64,000 nt of DNA from an uncultured Flavobacteriaceae bacterium (lineage in GTDB: Bacteria; Bacteroidota; Bacteroidia; Flavobacteriales; Flavobacteriaceae), in the NCBI GenBank assembly GCA_905479475.1, contig CAJQMT010000006.1, forward strand, positions 1,260 through 65,259, given 5' to 3'. The notes below the pieces were generated by a model. It was not told the DNA's origin. It searched no databases and saw only the letters and a program-made list of their open reading frames with translations. This document shows positions 17,345 to 26,666 of this stretch, one piece after another (within the stretch, counting starts at the first letter, position 1; every line of letters begins with the position of its first letter). Position numbers and translations under genes: made by a program.

Positions 17345-17914
17345 TTATTTGTGAAACGAAATTCGGTCAAAGAATTGCAAGGCCTCACAGAAACGAGACT
17401 CGATGTTTTGATCTCCATAAACGTCAATTTTTATACAGTAGCAAAAAGTGTTGCCCGAAATATAAACATGAAGATTTTTAGCGCTCATCCCAAAATTCTC
17501 AGAAGAAGAAAGGAAAAAGTAGCCTTCTTTTTCAGCGTGAAAGAATTTTCCTGATTGCTCAAGAATCTGATTCTTTTTTGTCAATTCTTTTTGAAAGTTG
17601 GAGGTGAAATTACTATCTATTGTTTGAGGTTCTTGCAAATATCCGATATCAAAAATATAAGCGTCCCCTAGTTCTTTTGTGGTGTCTGCAAAATAAATTC
17701 TCGATTCTTTGGAGCTTACGTACAACTCTCTTTTCCAATTTTTAGGGATTTTTATGGAAAAAGTGTTCTTTACGTCTGTTAACTTTTTAAGTTTCTCTAA
17801 GGGTTTTGAGGATGAGCATTGAAAAGACATTTTGCTTTGCAAGTCTTGCTTTGAGCAGCTTGAAGCAAGTATTCCAAGCAAGATTGCGCAAAACGATTTT
17901 TTGAACCACTTCAT
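17345..17914 (-). CDS. Lipoprotein of unknown function
   Basis: 189 aa with signal/lipobox AILLGILASSC. Confidence 0.6.
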   Translation of the reverse strand: MKWFKKSFCAILLGILASSCSKQDLQSKMSFQCSSSKPLEKLKKLTDVKNTFSIKIPKNWKRELYVSSKESRIYFADTTKELGDAYIFDIGYLQEPQTIDSNFTSNFQKELTKKNQILEQSGKFFHAEKEGYFFLSSSENFGMSAKNLHVYISGNTFCYCIKIDVYGDQNIESRFCEALQFFDRISFHK

Positions 17915-17998
17915 TGTTGAGAAAAAGTAAGATTTTTTTTTGTGTAAAAGCTATTTTAACTAGCTTTATCAAACTTACTAAAAAACATTCAGAAAAAG

Positions 17999-18910
17999 AT
18001 GAAAGCATTGGTAATATCAGGAGGGGGGAGTAAAGGAGCTTTTGCAGGAGGTGTTGCAGAATATCTTGTAAAAGAACAAAAAAAGGAGTACGATTTGTAT
18101 CTTGGGTCTTCGACAGGAAGTTTGCTGATTTCTCATTTGGCACTAGGAAAAATTGAGGCTTTGAAAAAGCTCTACACACAAGTAAATCAACGCAGTATTT
18201 TTAGCAACAATCCATTCTTTGTTAAAAAAGTACATGGAGAAGAAGTAGTTACCATCAATCATTTCAATGTGTTGTGGAATTTTATACGTCGTCGCAAGAC
18301 TTTTGGGGAGAGTAAAAATTTACGAAAATTAATTCGAGAGAGTGTTTCTGAAAATGATTACCAAACACTAAAAAACACGAGCAAGGATGTGGTGGTGGTG
18401 GTTTCCAATTTAACGACCAGTCAAATTGAATACAAAACACTCCGCGAATGTTCCTACGACGATTTTTGCGATTGGATTTGGGCATCTTGTAATTACGTTC
18501 CTTTTATGAGTCTTTTGGTAAAAGATAATTGTGAATATGCTGACGGAGGTTTTGGTTGTTTGGTACCCATACGTGAAGCAATTCAGCGAGGTGCTACCGA
18601 GATAGATGTGATCATTTTAGATACAGAATTACAACAACTGAACAGAATGCCTTCCAAAAACCCTTTTTCACTGCTTTCCAATGTTTTTGATTTTTTACTA
18701 GAGCATGTGAAAAAACACAATTTGACCATAGGAAAGTTAGCAGCCAAAAACAAAGATGTAAAATTAAATATGTATTATACACCCACTGTATTGACAACAA
18801 ATTCTTTGATTTTTAATCAAAAAAAAATGATAAAATGGTGGGAGGATGGCTATGCGTACATGCGCGATAAATACGATTCTAAAATGACACCTATTAAATA
18901 CGATTCTTAA
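17999..18910 (+). CDS. Patatin-like phospholipase
   Basis: Oxyanion loop GGGSKGAFAGG, nucleophile elbow GSSTGS (GxSxG) and catalytic Asp motif ADGG. Confidence 0.88.
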   Translation: MKALVISGGGSKGAFAGGVAEYLVKEQKKEYDLYLGSSTGSLLISHLALGKIEALKKLYTQVNQRSIFSNNPFFVKKVHGEEVVTINHFNVLWNFIRRRKTFGESKNLRKLIRESVSENDYQTLKNTSKDVVVVVSNLTTSQIEYKTLRECSYDDFCDWIWASCNYVPFMSLLVKDNCEYADGGFGCLVPIREAIQRGATEIDVIILDTELQQLNRMPSKNPFSLLSNVFDFLLEHVKKHNLTIGKLAAKNKDVKLNMYYTPTVLTTNSLIFNQKKMIKWWEDGYAYMRDKYDSKMTPIKYDS

Positions 18911-18946
18911 GAAAAGTCTATTTAACAATAAATTAGAGCTTTTAAA

Positions 18947-21451
18947 ATGATTTCTGTTTTACTTTTGCCAAAACTTTTTTCGATGAAATTACGTACATCT
19001 CTTTTTTGTAGTATCCTGTTTTTTTGGGCAGCGGTATCCTTTTCTCAAAATTCTGAGAAAGCAAAACGCTACCATACTGCAAAGCTTTTTGAAAAACAAT
19101 TTGAGTTGCTTCATACGAAATTAGCGGTTCGTTTGGATTTTGAAAAAGAAGAACTCGAAGGAGAGGCTTGGCTCGATTTAACACCTCATTTTTACAGTAC
19201 TGATAAATTGATTTTGGACGCGAAAGCCATGCTGATTCATGAAGTTTCTTCAGAAAAAAAACATTTGGATTTTCATTACGACGGGACCAAAATCTACATT
19301 GAATTAGAAAGGGTATATAAGAAGGGGGATTCTTTGAAGTTGTATCTATCGTACACAGCGCGTCCAAACAAAGTAAAGCAGTCAGGAAGCAAAGCGATTG
19401 CCAGTGCAAAAGGGCTTTATTTTGTCAATTCCAAAGGGGATTCCAATGGAAAGCCGACCCAAGTATGGACGCAGGGAGCCACAGAGGCTAGTAGTTGTTG
19501 GTTTCCAACCATCGACAAGCCGAATCAAAAAACTTCACAGGAAATTTACATTCGTGTACCAGAAAAATACAAAACCTTATCCAACGGTGTTTTGGTTTCT
19601 CAAACCCCAGCAGCAAATAAAGAACGCATCGATTATTGGAGCATGGATCAGAAGCACGCACCGTATCTCTTTTTTATTGGGGTAGGAGCCTTTTCTGTGG
19701 TAAAAGATACTTGGAAAGGGAAAGAAGTGAATTATTATGTAGAGAAAGAATACGAAGGATTGGCACGCAAAATTTTTGGTAAAACCCCGGAAATGATGGA
19801 GTTTTTTTCAAATACTACAGGTGTCGATTTTGTTTGGGATAAATACAGCCAGATGGTTGTAAGTGACTTTGTGAGTGGTGCCATGGAGAACACAACAGCA
19901 GTGGTGCATGAAGAAGGAGCGTATCAGTCAGAAGGAGACTTGATTGACGAAAACAAATGGGAAACAATTATTGCACATGAGTTGTTTCATCACTGGTTTG
20001 GAAATTTGGTAACGACAGAGAATTGGGGGAATATAACGTTGAATGAATCTTTTGCCAATTACAGTGAGTATTTGTGGTTAGAACATGCATATGGAAAAGA
20101 AAGAGCAGATGCGCATTTGTTTCAAGAAGCGAGTGTCTATAAAAAAGGAGAAAATTCACAAAAACATTTGGTGCGTTACAGTTATGAAGATAAAGAAGAT
20201 ATATTTGATGCGGTCAGTTATAACAAGGGAGGATTGATTTTGCATATGCTTCGAAATTTTTTAGGAGACGCCGCTTTTTTTGAGGGGATTCAAAATTATT
20301 TAATTCAAAACAAATACCAAGCTGCCGAGGTAGCTCAATTGAGGATGGCTTTCGAAGCTGTATCTGGAAAAGACTTGAATTGGTTTTTCAATCAATGGTA
20401 TTTTGGTCCAGGACATCCCAATGTCTTTGTTACGCAAGATTACAATATTTTGGACAAAACGGTGACGGTTACATTCAAGCAAGATGCACAAAATACTTTT
20501 TATTTTCCGCTTCAAATAGAAGTTTTTGAGAATGGAAGAAAAACAGTACACGAATTGTTTGTTGACAATAGCGAGAAGTCGTTTGTCTACCAATACGAGG
20601 ATTATCCAGATTTGGTATTGGTAAATTCGAATCATGTGGTGTTAGGAGATTTCATTCAGAAAAAATCAGTAAAAGAGTTTCTATTTCAATACAACAATGC
20701 ATCACATCATTTGGATAGAAAAGAAGCTTTGCAAGAATTGATTGGGCGCCAAGAAGAGAAAGAGGTGTTTGCGTTGATGGTTGCTGCTTTTGACGATCCA
20801 TATGATGAATTGCAGGTTTTTGCTTTGGAGCATATTGATTTGAGCTACAAGCACTCCAAAAGACAGGTGATCTCGAAAATAGAAACCTTGGCAAAAAAAA
20901 GCAAAAATAATTTTGTCAAAGCTGCTGCTATTAAGGTTCTCGGTCGTTTGGTGTATTTTGATTACCAAGATTTTTTTGAAAAAAGTATTGAAAGTGAGTC
21001 AAACAAAGTAAAAGCAAGTGCTTTAGAAGGCTTGTATTATCTCAACGAGGAAAGGGCGATGGAAAAGGCAAAAGAGTTGCCTAAAAGCGTAAAAAAAGCC
21101 ATTGCTTTTCCATTGGCCAAGATGTATTTCCAAAAAAGAGAAGTTTCTGAAATGGCTTTCGTAGCAAGCTATATCATACAAGGAATGTATCTCGGGAAAG
21201 ACAAGCAAAGCAACCAGCTATTTGAAAAAGCTTTTCAATGGGTTGTGATGGGAAATGATATAAAGGCATACAAAAACTTGCTCGACGACATGGTTTCCAA
21301 AGGGATTCGTTATAAGCAATACAATTTTGATCAAAAAATGATTGAAATGATGCGTCAAATGGTCCGCGAGCAAGAGCTTCAGGTAAATTCAAATAAGAAA
21401 GAGTTGATTGCGCTTGTGAATCGCGCTTTGGTTCAATTGGTGCGTATTTGA
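18947..21451 (+). CDS. pepN: M1 family metallopeptidase (aminopeptidase N-like), secreted
   Basis: GAMEN exopeptidase motif (SGAMENT), zinc site HELFHHWFGN...NESFANYSEY and C-terminal HEAT-like helices. The alternative start ATG 18983 gives a clean signal peptide MKLRTSLFCSILFFWAAVSFSQ. Confidence 0.9.
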   Translation: MISVLLLPKLFSMKLRTSLFCSILFFWAAVSFSQNSEKAKRYHTAKLFEKQFELLHTKLAVRLDFEKEELEGEAWLDLTPHFYSTDKLILDAKAMLIHEVSSEKKHLDFHYDGTKIYIELERVYKKGDSLKLYLSYTARPNKVKQSGSKAIASAKGLYFVNSKGDSNGKPTQVWTQGATEASSCWFPTIDKPNQKTSQEIYIRVPEKYKTLSNGVLVSQTPAANKERIDYWSMDQKHAPYLFFIGVGAFSVVKDTWKGKEVNYYVEKEYEGLARKIFGKTPEMMEFFSNTTGVDFVWDKYSQMVVSDFVSGAMENTTAVVHEEGAYQSEGDLIDENKWETIIAHELFHHWFGNLVTTENWGNITLNESFANYSEYLWLEHAYGKERADAHLFQEASVYKKGENSQKHLVRYSYEDKEDIFDAVSYNKGGLILHMLRNFLGDAAFFEGIQNYLIQNKYQAAEVAQLRMAFEAVSGKDLNWFFNQWYFGPGHPNVFVTQDYNILDKTVTVTFKQDAQNTFYFPLQIEVFENGRKTVHELFVDNSEKSFVYQYEDYPDLVLVNSNHVVLGDFIQKKSVKEFLFQYNNASHHLDRKEALQELIGRQEEKEVFALMVAAFDDPYDELQVFALEHIDLSYKHSKRQVISKIETLAKKSKNNFVKAAAIKVLGRLVYFDYQDFFEKSIESESNKVKASALEGLYYLNEERAMEKAKELPKSVKKAIAFPLAKMYFQKREVSEMAFVASYIIQGMYLGKDKQSNQLFEKAFQWVVMGNDIKAYKNLLDDMVSKGIRYKQYNFDQKMIEMMRQMVREQELQVNSNKKELIALVNRALVQLVRI

Positions 21452-21544
21452 TTGAGAGAAACGGTCGCAAACTCTTTTTGTTAGTAATTAATTCTTTTCG
21501 TTGTCCAATACGTTTCGAGTCCTGTTTTTCTTGCGGCTTCTTTG

Positions 21545-21940
21545 CTAATTTTTTTCAGAAAAATCTTTAAAAGTACCATCCATATAAAAAATAACAATTT
21601 TTTCAATGGATGAGGTAGGTGAGGAGTTTGTTTTTTTTTCTAACTGAATGTTGTTTTCGATTGTCAAATCGGACGCTTTTAAAACTTGCTTTTCTTGGTT
21701 TGGAAGAGGAGTGGTTTTAGGGAAATTCCCAGATCCAAAAAGTAGCCAATTGATATCTACATCCTCAAAAGTGCCGATGACTTTTAAAATAAATTCAAGG
21801 CTCGGTTTGTTTCTTCCAGACAAAATATGGGATATACTAGAACGAGGTACATTGATTTTGTCTGCAAAATTAGAGGCGGAAACATTGTGAAAATCAATTA
21901 TTTTCTTGAGTCTTTTTGTGAAATCCAAGCTGTTTAACAT
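21545..21940 (-). CDS. XRE-family helix-turn-helix transcriptional regulator
   Basis: N-terminal HTH NFADKINVPRSSISHILSGRNKPSLEFILKV; 131 aa. Confidence 0.8.
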   Translation of the reverse strand: MLNSLDFTKRLKKIIDFHNVSASNFADKINVPRSSISHILSGRNKPSLEFILKVIGTFEDVDINWLLFGSGNFPKTTPLPNQEKQVLKASDLTIENNIQLEKKTNSSPTSSIEKIVIFYMDGTFKDFSEKN

Positions 21941-21958
21941 TGTAACAAGATTTTTGTT

Positions 21959-22215
21959 TTACAAATGTAAACTATTTACAAAAACAAAGCAACATCATTT
22001 TAACTGAAAGAATTAGTATGCATAAAAGGTTTATATAGGGTATTGTAATAATCTGATTATAATGTTTTTAATGCTGTAAAGAAAGAATAAGGAGCTTGCG
22101 GGTTTTCAAATGCAACAAATGCGAATAAAGCAGACGGTTTCTTGTTTACATTTGTAATTAACAACGCTCCATTTCATTGTTACAAATGTAAACATCAATT
22201 TATTTACATTTGCAA
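21959..22215. promoter_or_regulatory. Array of a 12-bp palindrome TTACA-WW-TGTAA in the XRE / M14-peptidase divergent intergenic region (candidate operators that also overlap -7-like TAnnTTTG boxes)
   Basis: Copies are at 21959-21970 (TTACAAATGTAA), 22146-22157 (TTACATTTGTAA), 22180-22191 (TTACAAATGTAA) and 22204-22215 (TTACATTTGCAA). A degenerate copy lies at 22104-22115 (TTTCAAATGCAA). The 14-mers at 22144-22157 and 22180-22193 are perfect reverse complements. Confidence 0.6.
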
Positions 22216-22216
22216 C

Positions 22217-23305
22217 ATGAAAATATTAGAAATTGCAGCACTTGAAAATTGGTACAAATCCAACTTTCAAAATAATTTGTCAGGAAGAAGAATTTTATTC
22301 GAAGACATTTCTCCATTGCTAAATAATTTAAAGAGCAGTGAATTTGAAAAAAGTACTCTAGGATATTCAGAAAAAAACAATCCTATTTGTAAAATAAAAA
22401 TTGGAAACGGTGCCAAAAGAATTTTAGTTTGGTCTCAAATGCATGGAAACGAAAGTACAGGAACCAAAGCGATATTTGATTTATTTCAGTTTTTTGAAAA
22501 TCCAGGTATGTTTCAAGTGGAGTGTCAAAGAATTTTAGACAATTGTACTATTTGGTTTGTTCCGATGTTGAATCCAGATGGGTCAGACGCGTTTACACGT
22601 GTGAATTCAAATAATATTGACCTGAACAGAGATGCAGTTGCATTGAAAGCGAAAGAAAGTAAATTGTTGCGATCTGTCTTGGAGGAGTTCAGCCCTCATT
22701 TTTGTTTCAATTTACACGATCAGCGCACGATCTTTAATGTGGAAGGAACCAAGAATCCAGCTACGATTTCGTTTTTAGCACCTTCTGAGGATCTAGAGCG
22801 CACGTTGACGAAAGGAAGAAAAGAAACGATGAGTGTGATTGTTGAAATGAATGCATTGTTAGAAAAAATTATTCCGGGCCATATTGGGCGCTATACCGAT
22901 GAGTTTTATCCAACCGCTACAGGAGATAATTTTCAAAAACTAGGCCACAATACGATTCTAATCGAGGCAGGGCATTATTACCATGATTACAAAAGAGATG
23001 TGGTTCGTAAATTTAATTTTTATGCGTTGTTACAGGGGTTGTTGAGTATTGTTGATAATCCGGTACACACGAACTACAAACCTTATTTCTCGATACCCAA
23101 TAATGACAAAAAATGTTTTGATATTATATACAGAAATGTAAAAGTAGCTGAGGGTTCCTTCTTAGATATTGCCTACCAATACAGTTATATTGTAAAAGAC
23201 AATGAGTTAGTGCTTGAAAAAGAAGAGGTTACAAGAGGGAACTTGAATGGTTTTATTGGTCACGAAGAAAAGGACTTCAAACGAAAGCCTCCAAAATCTA
23301 TTTAA
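22217..23305 (+). CDS. M14 zinc carboxypeptidase-like protein
   Basis: Zinc-binding HxxE motif in WSQMHGNESTG and PMLNPDG typical of M14. Start taken at ATG 22217 (MKILEIAALENWYK); the ORF-track start at 22142 is a TTG inside the operator array. Confidence 0.7.
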   Translation: MKILEIAALENWYKSNFQNNLSGRRILFEDISPLLNNLKSSEFEKSTLGYSEKNNPICKIKIGNGAKRILVWSQMHGNESTGTKAIFDLFQFFENPGMFQVECQRILDNCTIWFVPMLNPDGSDAFTRVNSNNIDLNRDAVALKAKESKLLRSVLEEFSPHFCFNLHDQRTIFNVEGTKNPATISFLAPSEDLERTLTKGRKETMSVIVEMNALLEKIIPGHIGRYTDEFYPTATGDNFQKLGHNTILIEAGHYYHDYKRDVVRKFNFYALLQGLLSIVDNPVHTNYKPYFSIPNNDKKCFDIIYRNVKVAEGSFLDIAYQYSYIVKDNELVLEKEEVTRGNLNGFIGHEEKDFKRKPPKSI

Positions 23306-23393
23306 ATTGAATTTTTTGCAAGGTTATATCAAAAATTTTAAAAATGTTTTATTAATTTTGCTTTAAATTAAATATATAATAAAATCGTAAGAA

Positions 23394-23873
23394 ATGAAAA
23401 AATATCATTTGGACGAAGTAGACCATCAAATTTTAGACCTATTGATTGAAAATGCAAGAACTCCTTTTACGGATATTGCAAAAAAATTATTGGTTTCTGC
23501 AGGAACAATTCACGTTCGTGTGAAGAAAATGGAGGAAGAAGGAGTTATCAAGGGGTCAACGTTGACCTTGGACTATGAAAAAATGGGTTATGCTTTTATT
23601 GCACACATCGGTATTTATCTAGAAAAAACTTCGATGACCAAAGAGGTGATAGCCAGTTTGCGAACCATACCAAATGTAACAGTGGCTTATGTAACAGCTG
23701 GGAAATTCAATATCTTTTGTAAAATAAGAGCAAAAGACACAGAAGATGCTAAAAATATTATTTTTAAAATTGATGATGTCCCGGGAGTGAACAGGACAGA
23801 AACGATGATTTCTCTGGAAGAAAGCATCAATGATAAAAAACGAATGATGCATGCCATTTTTAGAGACTATTAG
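23394..23873 (+). CDS. Lrp/AsnC family transcriptional regulator
   Basis: N-terminal HTH DHQILDLLIENARTPFTDIAKKLLVSAGTIHVRVKKMEEEGVI plus a C-terminal RAM/AsnC_trans_reg-like domain. Confidence 0.9.
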   Translation: MKKYHLDEVDHQILDLLIENARTPFTDIAKKLLVSAGTIHVRVKKMEEEGVIKGSTLTLDYEKMGYAFIAHIGIYLEKTSMTKEVIASLRTIPNVTVAYVTAGKFNIFCKIRAKDTEDAKNIIFKIDDVPGVNRTETMISLEESINDKKRMMHAIFRDY

Positions 23874-23896
23874 TAGGTAGGTATCCATAAGAAGAT

Positions 23897-23948
23897 AAAA
23901 AGAGACGTTTTCAGATCCATTGAACAACGTCTCTTTTTGTTTTTTTTG
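23897..23948 (+). terminator. Rho-independent terminator after the Lrp-family gene
   Basis: Stem aaagagacgtt / aacgtctcttt with a 16-nt loop, followed by tttttgtttttttt. Confidence 0.6.
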
Positions 23949-24018
23949 GCGCGTTATTTCTCCCTTATAATTCAAAATAGTTATTATCTTTACGCCTCTT
24001 AAGAATAAGAGATACTTC

Positions 24019-25497
24019 ATGGATTTATACAAGAAAAATCAACTTAAAATATACAACTCATTAGCAAAAGAGAAACAGGTCTTCAATCCCATAAACGAAG
24101 GAAGTGTAGGAATGTATGTTTGTGGTCCGACGGTTTATAACAACGTGCATTTAGGCAATGTCCGCACTTTTATGTCCTTTGATTTGGTTTTTCGTTATTT
24201 CAGGCATTTGGGTTACAAAGTACGTTATGTCAGAAACATTACAGATGCAGGGCATTTGGAAAATGATGCAGACGTTGGGGAAGATCGCATTGCAAAGAAA
24301 GCGAGAATCGAGCAAATTGAACCAATGGAGGTGGTGCAGCGATACACAGTTGATTTCCATAACACTATGCAAAAATTTAACAATTTGCCACCAAGTATTG
24401 AGCCTACTGCTACGGGGCATATTTTGGAGCAAATTGAAATCGTCAAAGATATCTTGAAAAAAGGAATGGCCTATGAAACCAATGGGTCAGTCTATTTTGA
24501 TGTTTTAAAATACAATGAATCCGAACAGTACGGTGCTCTCTCTGGGCGAAATATTGAGGACTCGGTCCATAACACAAGAGCTTTAGAAGGGCAATCTGAA
24601 AAGAAAAATCCGCAAGACTTTGCGCTATGGAAAAAAGCGAGTCCTGAGCATATCATGCGATGGCCTTCTCCTTGGAGTGATGGCTTTCCTGGTTGGCATT
24701 TAGAATGTACAGCGATGAGTACTAAGTATTTGGGAGAAAAATTTGACATACACGGAGGAGGAATGGACTTGAAATTTCCTCACCATGAGTGTGAGATCGC
24801 ACAAGCCAATTGTTCAAATGGTGTAGCTCCCGTGAACTATTGGATGCATGCAAATATGTTGACATTGAATGGTCAAAAAATGGCCAAGTCTACCGGGAAT
24901 AATATCTTGCCGAACGAAATATTCTCGGGTAACAACGACAAGTTAGACAAAGCTTTTTCACCGAGCGTAACTCGTTTTTTTATGTTGCAAGCCCATTACA
25001 GAAGTAATCTGGATTTCTCAAGTGAGGCGATGGAAGCTTCTGAGAAAGGTTTTCAAAAGCTAATGCAAGGAATACGCTTGTTAGATGATTTGCCTGTTGC
25101 GACAAAGTCAAGTCTAGAAATATCAAATTGGGTGGAAAATTGTTACAAAGCAATGAATGATGATTTCAATAGTCCTATTTTGATTGCACATTTATTTGAA
25201 GGGGTGAAGTATGTCAATTTGTTGTGTGATGGCAAGGAAAGTTTGCAGGCAGGAGATGTAAGTTTGTTGCAAGACACCTTGAAGAATTTTGTGTACGATG
25301 TTTTAGGGTTGGTTGATGATGTCTCACAAGTCAATTCAGACAAATTAAACGGCGTTGTGGCGCTTTTGATACGATTGCGAAAAGAGGCAAGAGAAAATAA
25401 AAACTGGGCGCTCTCAGATCAAATAAGAGATGAATTATTGGTATTGGGAGTTCAATTGAAAGATGGAAAAGAGGGAACTACTTTTTCTATAAATTGA
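24019..25497 (+). CDS. cysS: Cysteine--tRNA ligase
   Basis: Class I HIGH-type motif (VHLGNVRT), KMSKS-type motif (KMAKS), and Zn-binding Cys residues in CGPTVY and ECT contexts. Confidence 0.95.
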   Translation: MDLYKKNQLKIYNSLAKEKQVFNPINEGSVGMYVCGPTVYNNVHLGNVRTFMSFDLVFRYFRHLGYKVRYVRNITDAGHLENDADVGEDRIAKKARIEQIEPMEVVQRYTVDFHNTMQKFNNLPPSIEPTATGHILEQIEIVKDILKKGMAYETNGSVYFDVLKYNESEQYGALSGRNIEDSVHNTRALEGQSEKKNPQDFALWKKASPEHIMRWPSPWSDGFPGWHLECTAMSTKYLGEKFDIHGGGMDLKFPHHECEIAQANCSNGVAPVNYWMHANMLTLNGQKMAKSTGNNILPNEIFSGNNDKLDKAFSPSVTRFFMLQAHYRSNLDFSSEAMEASEKGFQKLMQGIRLLDDLPVATKSSLEISNWVENCYKAMNDDFNSPILIAHLFEGVKYVNLLCDGKESLQAGDVSLLQDTLKNFVYDVLGLVDDVSQVNSDKLNGVVALLIRLRKEARENKNWALSDQIRDELLVLGVQLKDGKEGTTFSIN

Positions 25498-25721
25498 TGT
25501 TGAAAAAAATTCTAATATTTCCTTTTGTAGGGTTGATTCGGTTTTATCAGGTTGTGGTGTCTCCATATACACCCGCTGCATGTAGGTTTCATCCAACATG
25601 CTCGCAGTATGCCCTTGAAGCATTGAAGAAATACGGAATTTTAAAAGGTGGATTGTTGTCTTTCAAAAGAATGCTACGATGCCATCCTTGGGGAGGGAAA
25701 GGACACGATCCAGTGCCTTAA
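25497..25721 (+). CDS. yidD: Membrane protein insertion efficiency factor YidD
   Basis: [32 protein letters not shown]...[13 protein letters not shown] is the YidD signature. Its ATG overlaps the cysS TGA (TGATG). Confidence 0.9.
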   Translation: MLKKILIFPFVGLIRFYQVVVSPYTPAACRFHPTCSQYALEALKKYGILKGGLLSFKRMLRCHPWGGKGHDPVP

Positions 25722-25771
25722 AAAAAGAGTATTCGTCAGCGTTAAAAACAAATAAATTTAAATTACTACTT

Positions 25772-26590
25772 ATGCCGTTACTTTCTGTGAATTGGGATCC
25801 TGCTTTGGGGATTGATTTGGGGTTTTTTACCATCCGCTATTACAGCCTGATGTTTGTTCTTGCTTTTGGAGTCGGATTGCGATTGATGAAGAAAATTTAC
25901 ATTGAAGATCAGATTTCTTTAGAAAAATTAGACCAGCTTTTTGTGTATACTGTTTTGGCTACGATTCTAGGGGCTCGCTTGGGACATGTGTTTTTTTACG
26001 ATTGGGCGTATTTTAAAAATCATTTGGCAGAAATACTATTGCCTGTGAAATTCTCCCCTTTTCGATTCACTGGTTTTGCCGGTTTGGCAAGTCATGGAGC
26101 TGCAATTGGAATCATCACAGCCTTGTACATTTACAGTAAAAATATTTTGAAAAAGCCCCTGCTTTTTATTTTAGATCGTTTGGGAATAGTTGTTGCTTTG
26201 GCGGGTTTTTTTATTCGAATAGGGAATCTTATGAATTCTGAAATTGTCGGGAAGCCTACAGGAACTAATTTTGGTTTTGTCTTTCAGCAATTGGGAGAAG
26301 ATTTTCCTAGACATCCCACGCAATTGTATGAGGCGTTTGGGTATTTGCTCGTTTTTGTTTTGTTGTGGAAAATGTACTGGAATACCAATAAAAAAGAGCA
26401 ACAAGGTTATTTGTTTGGTCTCTTTTTTGCAACCCTGTGGTCTTTGAGGTTTGTCGTTGAGTTTTGGAAAGAGGCTCAAATTGACGAAAGAGGGGCGTGG
26501 GTTCTAAATACCGGACAATGGTTGAGTATGCCACTGGTTTTGACGGGTGTTTATTTTGTTTTCAAAGCAAATCAGCAAGTGAAAGCCTAA
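25772..26590 (+). CDS. lgt: Prolipoprotein diacylglyceryl transferase
   Basis: Polytopic membrane protein with IRYYSLMFVLAF, GARLGHVFFY, HGAAIG, RIGNLMNSE and HPTQLYEA motifs. Start taken at ATG 25772. Confidence 0.9.
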   Translation: MPLLSVNWDPALGIDLGFFTIRYYSLMFVLAFGVGLRLMKKIYIEDQISLEKLDQLFVYTVLATILGARLGHVFFYDWAYFKNHLAEILLPVKFSPFRFTGFAGLASHGAAIGIITALYIYSKNILKKPLLFILDRLGIVVALAGFFIRIGNLMNSEIVGKPTGTNFGFVFQQLGEDFPRHPTQLYEAFGYLLVFVLLWKMYWNTNKKEQQGYLFGLFFATLWSLRFVVEFWKEAQIDERGAWVLNTGQWLSMPLVLTGVYFVFKANQQVKA

Positions 26591-26666
26591 TGGCGTCAAG
26601 TGTTTTTTGGAGAACATAAAAAATGCGCACCTCGCAAAAAAAAGCAAAGCGCGCGTAGTTTCGTAT

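Noticed and set aside
17787-19409. Minus-strand ORFs 17787-18179, 18282-18485, 18612-18800 and 18942-19409
   Set aside because: They are antisense to, or overlap, the motif-bearing lipoprotein, patatin and M1 peptidase genes.
19398-21470. Many 60-110-aa ORFs on both strands within 19.4-21.5 kb
   Set aside because: All are nested in the 834-aa M1 aminopeptidase ORF, which carries the GAMEN and HExxH-E motifs.
22142-22216. Extended start (TTG 22142) for the M14-like peptidase
   Set aside because: The extension MFTFVINNAPFHCYKCKHQFIYICN is simply a translation of the palindromic operator array. ATG 22217 is the plausible start.
23619-24032. 137-aa minus-strand ORF
   Set aside because: It is antisense to the Lrp-family gene and runs across its terminator.
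24151-25623. Short ORFs on both strands within cysS and yidD
   Set aside because: They are nested in cysS, which has strong class I synthetase motifs.
25679-25771. Upstream extensions of lgt (25679), modC (41852), rdgB (38006), the MBL hydrolase (57723) and the ABC ATPase (36416)
   Set aside because: In each case an internal ATG gives the canonical N-terminus and removes or minimises the overlap with the neighbouring gene.
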